Source: Psammoneis japonica (lineage: Eukaryota). Taken from it: 58,260 nt of DNA. Below are positions 35,388-48,325 of this stretch, one piece after another (position 1 is the stretch's first letter; each line of letters opens with the position of its first letter). Location: contig QPGO01000314.1 of NCBI GenBank assembly GCA_008632985.1, forward strand, positions 1 to 58,260, given 5' to 3'. A program made the translations under genes and the position numbers. Below the pieces are notes generated by a model. It ran no database searches and was not told where the DNA came from. It saw only the letters and a list, made by a program, of their open reading frames with translations.

Positions 35388-35500
35388 TATTTGGAGTAGG
35401 AGTTGGTTATGAAGAAGAGGCGATGGATTGAACAACACTGTGAACTACAATATGCATGCCATGATCGTAAGAAAAGCATTATAGATGCTGGCTTTTGTTG
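35388..35500 (+). repeat. Additional diverged copy of the V-ATPase 3' UTR
   Basis: TATTTGGAGTAGGAGT...GAAGAAGAGGCGATGGATTGAAC...AGATGCTGGCTTTTGTT parallels 34628-34755. Confidence 0.75.
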
Positions 35501-35680
35501 TAGGTATGGTGCTATGTTGCTCTCTTTTGATGTTCTACAAGCATGACAATGATGCGTCGGTCGTCTTGAGTAAGAAGGATCACTTTTTACTCAATCGAAG
35601 TTTTATTCTTCATGACTGCCAAAAACTGCCATTCTACAAACTGAAGGGGCAACATCATGAAACACATATATTACGCATCG

Positions 35681-37578
35681 CTAATTGTTCGTCGATGTAA
35701 ATACATACACGGATCCCATATTTTTGCCATGGACATCAGTCCAAGGCGCACCAACTGCAACAAGACTTCCGTCTGACGACAAGGACACTGAATTTCCAAA
35801 TCCGCAAAACTCAGTCTCGCCATTTAAAGGATCACCAAACTGATTCCATTTAGTCGTGTTGCTGTCGTATTGAAAGATTCGGACTTGGCCCGCCTCGGCT
35901 ATTCCATCAAGGCAATGATAACGACTTCCCACAGCCAAGGCATTTCCATTACTACTCAAAGACACTGATCAACCAAACCAATCATCGGGCTGTTCCGTCA
36001 AGAGAGTTTGGCCACGTTGATTCCATCTAGACGTCGAACGGTCATACAAAAAAACACGGACGCTATCGTTGCCTAGACCTAAAGGTGAACCTACGGCCAT
36101 GGTCAAACCACTATCGTCAAGAGAAACAGAACATCCAAACCCACCACCTTCAACTTGGCCTTTGATTGGATCACCCAGCAGCTCCCATTTTGAAGAAGCA
36201 GAATTGTATTCATACACAGCCACCTTGCCAGTATCATTATTTCCACCCGAATACTCATGATACGCTCCAACGCCAACTATGTAGCCCGAGCGGCTCAAGA
36301 AACGGAAGCACCATATTTATCACCACCACTTTGACCAAAGAGTGTTTGTCCGAGTTGTTTCCAGGATGAACTGCCGTGGTGGTATCGAAACAATCGAATA
36401 GATCCACAATTTGCGCCATGTTCCGGTTCATCCCCAAAGTCTCCTACAGCAAGAATGTCTCCTGCATCCGAGAGCAACACGGAATCACCATATAGATCCA
36501 ATTGGTTTTTCCAGGAATATCGCTGCCGAGTTGGACCCAACTATTCAATGAAGAGTCGTATTCATACACCCGAACTTGACCGACATACCGACCACCACTG
36601 TCAGTCCATGATGGAGCTCCAACGGCAAGAATTGTGCCGTCACCATTTAACGAAACAGACTCGCCGAAACCGTCATGGTCGGTTTGTCCAAATAATTTTT
36701 GGCCAATTTGTGCCCATTTTCGGGTGTCAGGATTGCATCGTTGCACAACAACACTGCCGGGATTTGAATTGTCGAAATACGTAACTGGCGCTCCAATGGC
36801 CATGACACTGCCATCATGAGACAATGACACCGAATTGCCAAAATTATCGCCTATCGCTTTGCCACGCAAAACTTGACCAACGGGATTCCAATCAGCAGGA
36901 ATGACTGTAATCGAATCAGGTGCAATCGAATCGGTTTCACTGTTACGGCCGAACGGAATTCCAAGTGCAATTGCCACAATGATTACAAATTGTACAATTC
37001 CCATGCAAATCAAGCACACACAATAATGGCGCTTTTCCCTTGCACTTCCTAAAGCAGTCCCCGCCAAACCCTCAACCTCCCGTTCTTCCTGAGCAAGTTC
37101 AGCTTGAGCAAGCGGGACGGCCTTTCGAAGAAACACGTTTTCTGCTCGAGTCTACATCTTCCAGAGCTTCTGTTGGTTCAGCCACAAGAGCTTCAACCAA
37201 TAGCGTCCTTGCATCCCGGCCGGGTGGTGGTGGAGGCATGGGATCCGATTGTGCCGTTTCCAAATCAGATGCAATGGTGATGCAAGTGTCGCCGTCGCAT
37301 GCTTGACCGCAACGGACCTCCCCTTGTTGGTTCACCGCAAAAGCACCGGCCGTTGCAGATAGAGGAGCAGCGACTTCATCGACTTCTTCTACCTTTTCTT
37401 CTCCCTCATGCTTTTCATCTACGAGGATGCCGTTGGCAGAACCAAGAGCACACTTTGATGCTTGATCTTGTGCACTTTGTTCCAACAACCCTTCTTCTCC
37501 TTCTTCATGCCCGTCCTGACTTCTACCACCAAGACGTTTCTCTAATGCTTTCATGACCATGTTGCGACGATTCACAAT
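35681..37578 (-). pseudogene. FG-GAP-like membrane protein paralog 3, pseudogene
   Basis: Collinear with paralogs 1 and 2 but split over five ORFs (37099..37596, 36444..37136, 36295..36540, 35969..36298, 35681..35965). It has frameshifts, an in-frame TGA (WFG*SVSLS), and ATT GTG where paralog 2 has ATG ATG. Confidence 0.9.
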
Positions 37579-37719
37579 GGCGATTGATTCAATCAACTTT
37601 GATGTTGCTTTCTGTTTTCTGTATAATAATGATGTGAGAACATGCGAAAGGAGAACTCGTTTCGTTTTCTCGCGACATCCCAGTCAAGTCATGTCTGATG
37701 ATGTCTGCGTAGAATTTTA

Positions 37720-40700
37720 GCTGCGTGGTCTGTTGGTTTTTATTACACAGGCGTTTGCGAATCTGATTCCCGCGACATCACAAGTCATGCCATCATCGTT
37801 GTGTTGTCGAATGAAGGCGCGCGCAAATCTGCGACACAGTGATGGTTTGCATGGAGCGTTGCGTTCATGTGTCACGGATTTGGTGTCACGGATGCGTGGT
37901 CGTTTGCGATGTTGTCCACTGCAAGGTACGTGTCTGACTGTTGGTGATGGCAAGCGGATGCAAGTGATCAAAATGTCCTTTGACCAGTGGAGAGCGCAAA
38001 TGAAGGACGACATTTGGGGTCATTTGTTCCGTGGCGCACTGCCCACTCAGCATCAAAGGGGCAGGAGCAAAAATGAAAACCATGTGATTTTTGGAGCAAA
38101 GTGTTTGGAGCAGAGCGGCTGCGGACTTTTTGTTTGTGGCGCTGCGACTGTTGCAGATTTGTGTTGCAACATCTTGTGGGCAAGTGGTGTCAGCGGCCGT
38201 TGTGCTGGAAATGGCGGCACTGGCATCGAGGCGTTCTTGGAGACGGTTGAGTTGATTGCAAAAAGGTGGAGATGAGCTGCAAGAGGGTTGTTGGTGTGGC
38301 CACACCAAGTTTTCAATTTTGGGGTGTGCATCCAAACACGACTGGCAAACAGTTTTTTCAGCGTGCCCATTTCATCTGCAGCAGCTGCCAGCCCCACATT
38401 GCAGAGTGGAGTGTGACTTGCGTTTTGCTTTTGCTTTGCCATCTGCAGCTGCAGCTGCTTTTTGTCAATGTCTTGGAGGCAGGTTTGGCCAGGGCATTCT
38501 TTGTGACAGCTCGACTGGCCATGCACCAGCACCAGCTTGGGCTGCAGCTCTTGATCTGCTCAAGTGTTGACCCCACAGGCGGGGTGTGCCAGAGCACCAT
38601 CAGCAAGGGGGGGGGGTGTGTTTTCTTGCACATCAAAAAGGAAAGATGCAAATTTGAGAAATGGCTGAATGTGCTGCCAAAAAAGAGCAGAGGTTGGAGT
38701 CAAATAAAAAAATGAAGCCTGGCCACCCACCTGCTGAGCTTGAGATGGTGGTGAAGTGCAAGCCTCGTGAAGTCGACGTTGGAGCGCCAGGTGAAACACG
38801 CAACTTCTCAGCCAGGGGCAGCACAACAAAAAAAATGACAAGCCTTGGAGCAATGGGCACTCTTGTTGTCACACTCAGGATGCAAGGCATTGCCAAGCTC
38901 TTTGGCATGACCCTGGTTGTTGGGTCAACAAAGGGGCTGTGGCTGCCTTTCATCCAAGCAAGGTGCCATTGCAGCCAGGACTTGTGTGGCCTTGGAGCAC
39001 ATTGTTGTGCCGCACACAAAATGAGAGTTGAACTGTCTTGGCTGGGTTTTGCAATTCTGCCTCAGTTTTGCAGCCACACCTTGTGTGTGTTTTTCTGTGC
39101 AAGCTCTTGTGCAGATGTCGCCTTTCTCTGATGGTGTGACGATGGTTCCTGCCTGCCCATTCAGACCATTTGTTGTCAACATGCCCCCAGCATGCTGTGA
39201 TCATTGGCAATCTCATGCAGTGGTGAAAATGATTGGCATCAAGCTCTCTTTTGGTTTGTTTGCTTGGCACTCTTCTGTGGTGTCTTTCCTTCTCATGTGC
39301 AAAGCTTCCCCAAAATTTTCAGTGCAAACCCTGTGTGTTCTGCAAGTTGTTTCAGATTCTCCACGCCTCTCAAGTGGTGCCAACAACCCCCCTTCTCTAC
39401 CTGTCATCAATTCAAGTTCCCCGCTTCACAAGGCAAACAATCTTCTGTTGTTGCTGCTCTCAAAAGCTTGAAATTGAGACCAACTCAGTGTGCACTGGCT
39501 TTTCTTTTGCATGCAAACAGTTGTGCTGCACAAGTTTCAGTGCTTTTCTGCATGTCTCAAATGTCATTTTGGACAACCTTCTGCCCATTGTCTGCTTGAG
39601 TTCTTTGCTCTGTGTGGTGAACAATTCTCCTTTGTTGTTGTGCTCCCACAAGACCAAATTTGAGACTGACTCAGTTGGTGCTGGTCAATTGTGTGCTGCT
39701 CTTTGGCTTCTCATGTTGAATTTTTTCCAGACTGCTCATTTCACCTTGCCACCAGATCTGATCCCAAGAGAAATGTTGCCTGCAGCATTGAATGCTTTGC
39801 TTTTGAAATCTTGTTTTGCTGGCCCTGTTTTTGTTGCTGCCAGTCACTTCCGGTGGGCTCCACAGTCTTGTGACATCAATCTTCACACTTGCCATTGTGC
39901 ACCCCTGCTGCATCACAGTTGCTGCTTGCTCTTGTTTTGCACTTTTTTCTCTGCATGGACAGCTGTGGTGTGATGCCATGTTGCTCTTTTTTAGATTTTC
40001 AAAAAGTGCAATGACAACATGAGTTGGCATTGTCCTGAGCAAGGAGCACTGTTTTGCTGTGCTCAATCAAAGCACCTCAAATTGGAAAAAAGATGTGCCA
40101 AATGAGCACTTTTGCATTGGAAGCCACCATGGCTGAAAGTTCATGCAGAGCCAGCAGCTGACCCAGCAAACCTCTTGGAAATGTCAATCCCACAAGGAAG
40201 CTGAAAATTCAAACACAAAGCAAAAAGGAGCTTGCTTGCAGCAGCCCAAAACTTGCTCAGGCCCAGCCAGCAGCACATTTTTAAATCCTCCATGAAACAG
40301 AAGCCAAACAAGATGAGTGGCCACCCACCCAGAGCCTGGCCCAGACAACATTTTCTGGACAGTCCAAGAACTCTCAACCTTTCCTTTGCTTCTTTTGACA
40401 TTGTCATCATCATCTCCTTTGTGATGTTGCCATTTTGCCAGTCTTGGCCATCATGACAATGTCCACATCGAGGCTGGCACTGCCGCATCCAGGAGGGCAC
40501 ACATTGTGATGCCCACCAAAGTGCACCCCATCTGATTTTGGCTGGAGAGCAATGACTCCCTGTCTGTCATTGAGCTGCCATCCATGGAAAGAACAAAAAC
40601 AACAGCAAGGTTTGCACAAGGCTGCCAACCAGCTGCAGAACACTGCCCAGACTCTTGGGGATTTTTTTTTCAAAGAGGAGCGCAGTTCTTAACCAACACA

Positions 40701-42667
40701 AGATGTGGAACTTCTCTTTGCAACTGCCAAAACATCTGTGGTTGCACCCAAATCATGTTGCTTGCAAAAGAAAAGGTGCAGCTGTCACTGCAGTGTCTCT
40801 TTTCTCTTTTGATCTTTGCTCGCACACACTGTGCATCTTGCACGGGGTGCTCAAAGACAGCCCCGTTGCAGCCACACACAGTGGTGCCAGCCATGGACAC
40901 CAAGCCCAGCCCACCAGGAACCAGATGAAAACTGTGCTGCCATGAGTGACAGCTCAGCAAAAAGCCCCGCACCTTGTGGACAAGGCACCAGGGCGCTGCA
41001 CCACACACACCACACAAACCAAAACAGAGGCAAGAGGAGCTCCGTGTGCCCCTGAGCAGGGTTGCAGCTCCCTGCTTCAATCTCCCAGTCACATCAATGT
41101 GCTCAACAATGGAGGGTGCCACAGCCAAGTGCAATGGCAGCAAAAAATGATGCCCAACACACCGAGGGAAGTCATGACACACTGCAACCTCCCCACAGCC
41201 ACCTGTGCACCAGCAGTGGTGCCTGTGTGGCCCATGATGATGGCACAAAAGAGCAAAAAAAAAAAAGATGATGAGCGAGGTCAAAGCAGTGACAAGCAAC
41301 AAAGCTGCTTTATGTCAGTGGCTTTTGTGGACAAATTGGCATTTGCTGTGCCCAACGCCTGGGCCCTCCCGCCGCATCGCCTGTCGCCGCACGCAGATGA
41401 CGCAGACAGACGTGCCAGATTTGGATTGCTCTTTTGTCACATCACGTTTTTTTTTTATGCAATAAATTGAACGATAAGATGTGTCTGCTTTCACATTTAT
41501 GCTTGTGCCGCGATGAGATGCGGGTGTCATGACCCCAAATGCCTTCAGCCGTGTCAAGGATGGACTCATCGGTGGAGAGAGGTTGTGACGCATCGAGTTT
41601 GCCAGTTTGCAGCACATGTCGTGCATTTGTGTAGCTGTTGCGGTTTTTGCCAAGCACCAGAGGCATGTCATCAAGAGCCAATGGGAATTTCACCACTTTT
41701 CGACGTCAGCTGTACACGCCCTCAGCTTCTACGTAGGTTTCTACGCACCTTCTCGCACTGATGTCGCCCTTCTCAGACGGTGTTGATTTGGCTCCAACAA
41801 GCCCATTCTGCCCACGTTTACCAATGGTACATCCTCACTGCAGCATGATGAGCAAAGTTCATCAGTGGAAAACGACGAGTGTCCCGGCCTTTTGGTTCGT
41901 AAGCTGGTTGTCATTTCTCGTAATTTTCTGTTGTCTCAGAAAATTTTCTACACAGGTTCTGGTGCAAATTCTACGCGGATCTGCAGATGCTGCTGACGAT
42001 CTACATGTCACTTCCCCGGCCTGCTTTTATCCTTGCAAATCGGTTCTCAATGCCACTTCTTTTTCCTTGCCATGCAATCAAGTCCTTCACTCTTTATGGT
42101 GCAAGTGCCACTTCTGTTGCGGCCCTTTTCAGCAAGAATGTTGGTCATCCTTCGGAGTCATTTGATTGTCGTCGATTTGCTGCTCCCATCGGTCTTTCTG
42201 CGCAAGATCTGGCATTGTTTCTACGTGCCACCTCTGACTGTCTACATGTCACTTCTCCAGACTGCTTTTATCCTTGCCAATCGGTCTTCAACCTCTCTGC
42301 TTTTCTCTGCCGTGCAATCAAGTGCTTCGCTCTTTGTGGTGAATGTGCTGCTTCTTTTGCGGCCCTTTTCAGCAAGAACACAAGTTGTCCTGTGGTGCCA
42401 TTTGATGGTCTTCAGTTTGCTGCTCTCAGCAGCTTTTCTGTGCAAGACTCAGCATTGTTTCAACGTGTCAAGAATGTTTTCTCCGATGACCTGCTCGTCT
42501 CACCTTCAAGGCTGCCTTTGTGGACCATTTTAAAAACCTGTCTGAGTGCAGTTGTCCGTTGCAGTTGTGGTGTGCCTTCTGTGGCTGTCATCAACAAGCA
42601 TGCAATGAATCCCTCATGTGAATCATTCCTTTTAAGTTGTCTTGGCGGGGTGTCATCTTCTGGTGAC
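37720..42667. repeat. Unclassified degraded repeat block; related segments start at ~39115 and ~41761, with an internal ~241-bp tandem unit at 42001/42242
   Basis: ATGTCGCC(T/C)TTCTC(T/A)GA(T/C)GGTGT occurs at both positions; CTACATGTCACTTC...TGCTTTTATCCTTGC is repeated. TpA nearly absent at 37900-41300. Confidence 0.6.
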
Positions 42668-42969
42668 NNNNNNNNNNNNNNNNNNNNNNNNNNNNNNNNN
42701 NNNNNNNNNNNNNNNNNNNNNNNNNNNNNNNNNNNNNNNNNNNNNNNNNNNNNNNNNNNNNNNNNNNNNNNNNNNNNNNNNNNNNNNNNNNNNNNNNNNN
42801 NNNNNNNNNNNNNNNNNNNNNNNNNNNNNNNNNNNNNNNNNNNNNNNNNNNNNNNNNNNNNNNNNNNNNNNNNNNNNNNNNNNNNNNNNNNNNNNNNNNN
42901 NNNNNNNNNNNNNNNNNNNNNNNNNNNNNNNNNNNNNNNNNNNNNNNNNNNNNNNNNNNNNNNNNNNNN
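42668..42969. other. Assembly gap (N run)
   Basis: Run of n. Confidence 1.
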
Positions 42970-44076
42970 ATTTGCAAAAAGCACCTCCGCCCCATGATGG
43001 TGTCACGCCCTGCTCACGCTCACCATGGCACTGGCTGCACTGTCGTTTGTTGTGCTGAGCAGGACTTGGTCAGCTTCCATGCAACATGGGTTCATCTCTT
43101 TCGAGAGGAAAGTCAATTGACAGGCGTCATGAAGAAGGCCTCTTTTCATCTTTCTGGGGCACTGTTGCCTCACTCAAGACAACTGTCAAGTGCACAGACA
43201 CTTTGGAAAAATGGCATGTCATGCAAAGACACAATGAATTGTTGATGACCGGGGTTTGTGTGAAAGTGACAGATCACAGGAGCAAAATGTAACCACCAAG
43301 GGAGAGAATCTTTAAGCGTCAAAGCCAAGCTGACTTTGCAGAAGCAGCGGCCATCAAATCAGCTGTGCGCAGATCCCCACCTTTCCTGACAGGCTGCTGC
43401 TCGGAGTGGGTGTGTTTCACCATCCTTGTTGAAACAACAAGATTCTGTGATCATGTGATCATCCCAAGGCTCTGAGAGAATTGTTTTCAAATGGCTGGGA
43501 ATCCAAAATGAAGTGGACAAGACAAACAGGCAGCAATTGAGAATTCTTGAAGAACCAACAAGAATGGATCGCCCAAGTGCCAATCAGATGCTTCTTGGCA
43601 TTGCCCCCAAAAGGCACTTGCTGAAAGCAGACACAATTGGAAATGAAATTTCTCACAAAAATGCCCTCATCTGTCAACAACCAGCTCCACACCGAAAAGG
43701 AAGAAAGGCCATCATGTGCTGTCTTTAAAAAGAAGAACTCAGTGCGGAGCCACCCTGCAGGGAACCATTCAGTTAGTCTGGAATCCCTTGGAATGGGTGC
43801 GCACACTGTCAAACCTTCAAAAGGAGTGAGGCAAAGAATGTGAAGGGGGGTGCCTCATCCATGAATCTAGAATGAGCCCAAGTCTCAGAGCACTCGCGTT
43901 GGCGAGCATCATTCCCAGGCCTTCCATGCACAGAGAGGCAACAAAGAGAAGCCTTGTGTCAACTTGAAAGGCTTCAATTTTGTTTCTCTGTCAAGCGTTG
44001 TTGACAAATCGAAAGACAAGGCAAAACAAGGGGCAAGCACAGATTGTTGTAGACTCTAATGCACCGTGTCTTTGGT

Positions 44077-44688
44077 CGATGAAACCAAAAAAATGCGCAA
44101 GAAGTGTGCAACGATTTTGAGGCCGTTGCGATCGACAGAGCACCCAAGTTCACATTGACAACGCTCAAGGGCGGTGTCGAAATGCTCGTGCAAAAGAGGT
44201 TTGGTTGTGTGGGGAGGTTTCAGAGGCACCACACAATGACGGGTTCCAATCCCAGGTGGGACTCCGTGTGACATTGGGCCCGTAGACTTCTACGTGCGAG
44301 CTCTGTGTTAAAATTATGAATTAATAAAAACACAAATGATCGCCAACAGAAAAAGAGGCAATTTTACGAACGTATCTCCTCCTTCACACTTATAGTACAT
44401 GAATAATAGTTTGCATGGGTATATTCTACAGACATTAAAGAATATACCCAGCGTTTTTTCATTGTCATAAATGTTGAAAATAGAAAGCCTTGGCTTCGCA
44501 AAATAGGAAGTATGAAACAATTTCGTAGAATATCACACGTAGCCATCTACGTGCGCGACATACGGCGCGATCCAAAAAACTATTGATGTCACAGTTCAGC
44601 ACTACGAGGTCCCACCTAGAGCTGGAACACGTCCAATGGCAGAGGTCAACACAGGCTCACAACCTGTTAGAGACTCCAATGTGTCGCG
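44077..44688 (-). mobile_element. Second copy of the Copia-type LTR/PBS remnant; host of a MITE and the Ngaro element; resumes at 50362-50385
   Basis: Homologous to 16185-16410. The minus strand reads ...CTCTAACA|GGTTGTGAGCC at 44653-44671. Confidence 0.6.
44238..44633. mobile_element. MITE (396 bp), GAC...GTC TIR family, subtype B, TpA-rich
   Basis: TIRs GACGGGTTCCAATCCCAGGTGGGAC / GTCCCACCTAGAGCTGGAACACGTC and TSD CAAT (44234-37, 44634-37). The corresponding empty site is visible at ~16340. Confidence 0.93.
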
Positions 44689-45725
44689 CGGCTGTTACCG
44701 CTTTTCTTGTTTGTCCTCGGCAGAGTGATTCAAGCCAGGAGACAAGACACAACAGGACCAAATCTAACAGGCAGGAGTGGAGATGGCTTTGCTGGCACTG
44801 CAGGAAGCCCTGCTCCCAAACCCAAGCTGGACGGCAGGCCAGAGGGTGGGAGAGGCGGGGGCGATTGACTGTCTGGAGCCCGGCTTGCTGTTGTTGGGAG
44901 AAGAGTCATTCTGACTCCCGTGCAACGTGCAGCACTTTCAACGGGAAGGAATTGGGAGTCCCTCTTTGCGGATCTCACGAGGACAGCGGCTGTCACTGTT
45001 TTTCTCGTTTGTCCTCAGCAGAGTGATTCAAGCTGGGAGACAAGACACAATGGGACCAAATCCAACAGGCAGGAGTGGAGATGGCTTCACCAGCACTGCA
45101 GGAAGCCCTGCTCCCAAACCCAAGCTGGACAGCAGGCCACCAGCACCACCCACAATGGCGCGGCAATGCAGTGGAGGACTGTGACTTGGGCGGAGGGTGG
45201 GCTGCATCTGGTGCCGGGGTGGTGACCAGTGGCCGCCGACGCAAGGATCCAATGGAGAACAGCGATCGGGATGGGTTTTACCTGGTCTGGCGGAGGATCC
45301 TCTTTCTTGCAGTGACGGATTTGTCAGGTGAGATTAAAATCCATTTGGCCTTGGGGTGTTTTGTGTGGGTCTGGGGCCCCATTGCAGAAAACATTTGGCC
45401 AACCGACCGCGCGGCATCTTCAGCGGTGCGTGCTCGGACGGGATGGCCACATGGGGCGATTTGGCCAGTTCTGCATCGGTGCATGAAGCCACAAGCGCCA
45501 AGATTTGTTCTGGGGACAAACAGTGTTAAAATGTTGCAAAGAGGCAGCAGTGGTCAGTGATTGAAGGCGGGAGGCATCGTCAGCAGCGGTGTTCAACGGC
45601 CCGGCAGATGATCGTGCAACGTTGGTGATGGGTGGCATGGCATGGGAGCTTGGCTCGGGGCTTGGCAGTGGTGGAAGAGCCTTGTGTTGCCAGTGCATTG
45701 TGCCTGAACTGTCAGTGTGCTGCAG

Positions 45726-46075
45726 GATGGGTTCCAGTCCTGGGTGGGACTCCGTGTGACATTGGGCCCGCAGAATTCTACGTGCAAGCTCCGCAGCAAA
45801 TTTACACTGAAATGAAAACATGTGTGATTGCCAACAGAAAAAGAGGCAATTTTATGAACGCATCTCCTCCTTCATGCTTGGAGCACATCATTGACAGTTT
45901 GCCCGGGTGTGTTCTTCAGACATTGAAGAACATGCCCAGCGCATTTTTGTTCTTGCAAATGTTGAAAATGGCCCGGGTGTGTGTTCTTCAGACATTAAGA
46001 ACACACCCAGCACATTTTCATTCTCATGAATGTTGAAAATAGAAAGCCTTTGGCTTTGCAAACAGGGAGCATGAA
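45726..46075. mobile_element. MITE subtype B, TpA-depleted copy with internal ~70-bp duplication; right end lies in the gap
   Basis: Aligns with 44238-44517; duplication at 45901-45970 / 45971-46040. Inserted between the RT and RNase H regions of the Ngaro element. Confidence 0.88.
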
Positions 46076-46493
46076 NNNNNNNNNNNNNNNNNNNNNNNNN
46101 NNNNNNNNNNNNNNNNNNNNNNNNNNNNNNNNNNNNNNNNNNNNNNNNNNNNNNNNNNNNNNNNNNNNNNNNNNNNNNNNNNNNNNNNNNNNNNNNNNNN
46201 NNNNNNNNNNNNNNNNNNNNNNNNNNNNNNNNNNNNNNNNNNNNNNNNNNNNNNNNNNNNNNNNNNNNNNNNNNNNNNNNNNNNNNNNNNNNNNNNNNNN
46301 NNNNNNNNNNNNNNNNNNNNNNNNNNNNNNNNNNNNNNNNNNNNNNNNNNNNNNNNNNNNNNNNNNNNNNNNNNNNNNNNNNNNNNNNNNNNNNNNNNNN
46401 NNNNNNNNNNNNNNNNNNNNNNNNNNNNNNNNNNNNNNNNNNNNNNNNNNNNNNNNNNNNNNNNNNNNNNNNNNNNNNNNNNNNNNNNNNNNN
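46076..46493. other. Assembly gap (N run)
   Basis: Run of n. Confidence 1.
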
Positions 46494-48325
46494 GCAAGCT
46501 CTTGGATGCGCACAGGACAATCTTTGATGGTTGTGGTGAGATCGCAAAATTCATCCAAGACACTGTGCACGGTGGGAGTCAAGCAGACATGGGAGTTGGG
46601 CAGGGTGTGATGGAGAGCATCTTGCAGCTCAGAGAAAAGGCCTTGGGAGCCAGGAGTGGCAAGCAAGAGTGAACGGAGTTCTCCAAGCAACTTGTGGCAG
46701 TTGGTGGCGGCAGCACATTGATGGGTTCAGGGGAAGTCCTGGGTGAGAGTGTCGCACAGTCAACCTGAACGTCGGGTGGTGAGACGCAGTGTCACAGCTT
46801 TGGTGTCGATGAGCCATCCGAGGACCTCTTTTTGTGTGGACCAGGAGGCGTCACTTTTGCAAAGCTTCTTGACAGAGATCGGTTTGGTGTGGCGAGGTGA
46901 GTCATCTGGGGCCAAGGGACAAAAAATGTCGTCAATTGCAGCCATCAGAGTGTGACGCACATTCAAACAGGCAGCGCGTGAGCCCTGTGGCCCCAATGTA
47001 ATCATCAACATGTGTCTCCACATGAGCAAGGTGATGGTGGTGTCGATGTCCAAGGTGTGGGTCAGGGATGTTGGGAATTGGGACGGTGATGGTGTCGGGC
47101 AGCGGTGGCGGTGTTGGCCGCAACGGCAGGCAGCGACTCATGGCAGCACGCTCCAAACAATGAGGTGGTGCCTGGCAGTTGCAAAGGAGGAGTTGGTTGG
47201 TGATGTCAGCACCAGTTTTGGTGGTGGTGCTAAAGGCAGGTGGCAAACTCTTCCATCCCATTGGCAACTTGGCAGGGATGGCGACAAGTGGTGGCTCGCC
47301 TGGCAGACTGGGGAAGGCAATGGCCAGGACCTGTGCATGGTCCAGTGCCAACGTCATGCAGTGGAATCCGTCGGACATGTCAAAGGCTCTCGGTCCTGAG
47401 TCCCCGAGCTGGGACCATTGCCAATGACCCATTTGGTCGTCCAATGCTCCGTGGCCCAAGTGAAGAGTGCATCTTGCTCTGCTTGACTGTGGCCTCCACG
47501 ATTGGCGCGGGTGTTGCAATTGGAGTTGCGCTGTCCCTTTAGATGGAAAGGGAGGCACCACGGATTCCCACTGGCATCCATCGGCAGGGCAATGTTGGCC
47601 GCAGCACACCTGTCCTTGACTGCATGGGAGCGGACCCCCGGCCTGGCGCGAATCTCATCGAATCGCGTGTCGCAGCGCTCATTGCAAATCAACGTGTTGG
47701 CACCTGGGCTTGCCACTCTTGGGGGAGTGGTAGGTTGCTGTGGTGCAGCAGGCGGTTGGGGTGCTGCCAGTCAAGCTTGGTGCGGCAAGACGGCCGCAGG
47801 CAAGTCGCACCTCCAATGCATGGCACCTTTGGCAGCCAGGCAAACAGCGGGTTGTCCTTCAAAGGGCAGGGGTTGGTCAGTGCGTGCCTGGTCAGTGAAC
47901 CACTGCCCGATCTCTGTCTGGGCCCAACGTTGGAGGTCTGCCGGCAAAGTGGGGTAGCGCACCATTTGTCGGGCCATCTCGTTGGCACACAAACATCCAT
48001 CGCACAGCATTGTTGTCCCAGCCAAGTCATGACCACATGCTGGGTTCCTAAACTGGTGGCGAGGATGACCTGGTGACCGCTGCAGCAGGAGTGTTGGGCT
48101 CCCTGCATTGTGGTGGCGACCCTGGCTTCATCGGGTGCCTCCAGGATCTGAGTGTCCGCTGCACTGGGTGCGTTGTCTCCACCATGGATTTGATGGCAGA
48201 GTGCGTTGCGGTGCACAATTTGCTCTTCTTGCTTGGGCGTCGTGAGACCAAAGATGAAGGGATTGATCCCTTGGGCAAGGTCGTCTTGATTGTGTCCAGC
48301 AAAATTCTTTTGGAGCAACTTGACA

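Noticed and set aside
42460..46690. ORFs spanning N runs
   Set aside because: Artefacts of assembly gaps translated as X.
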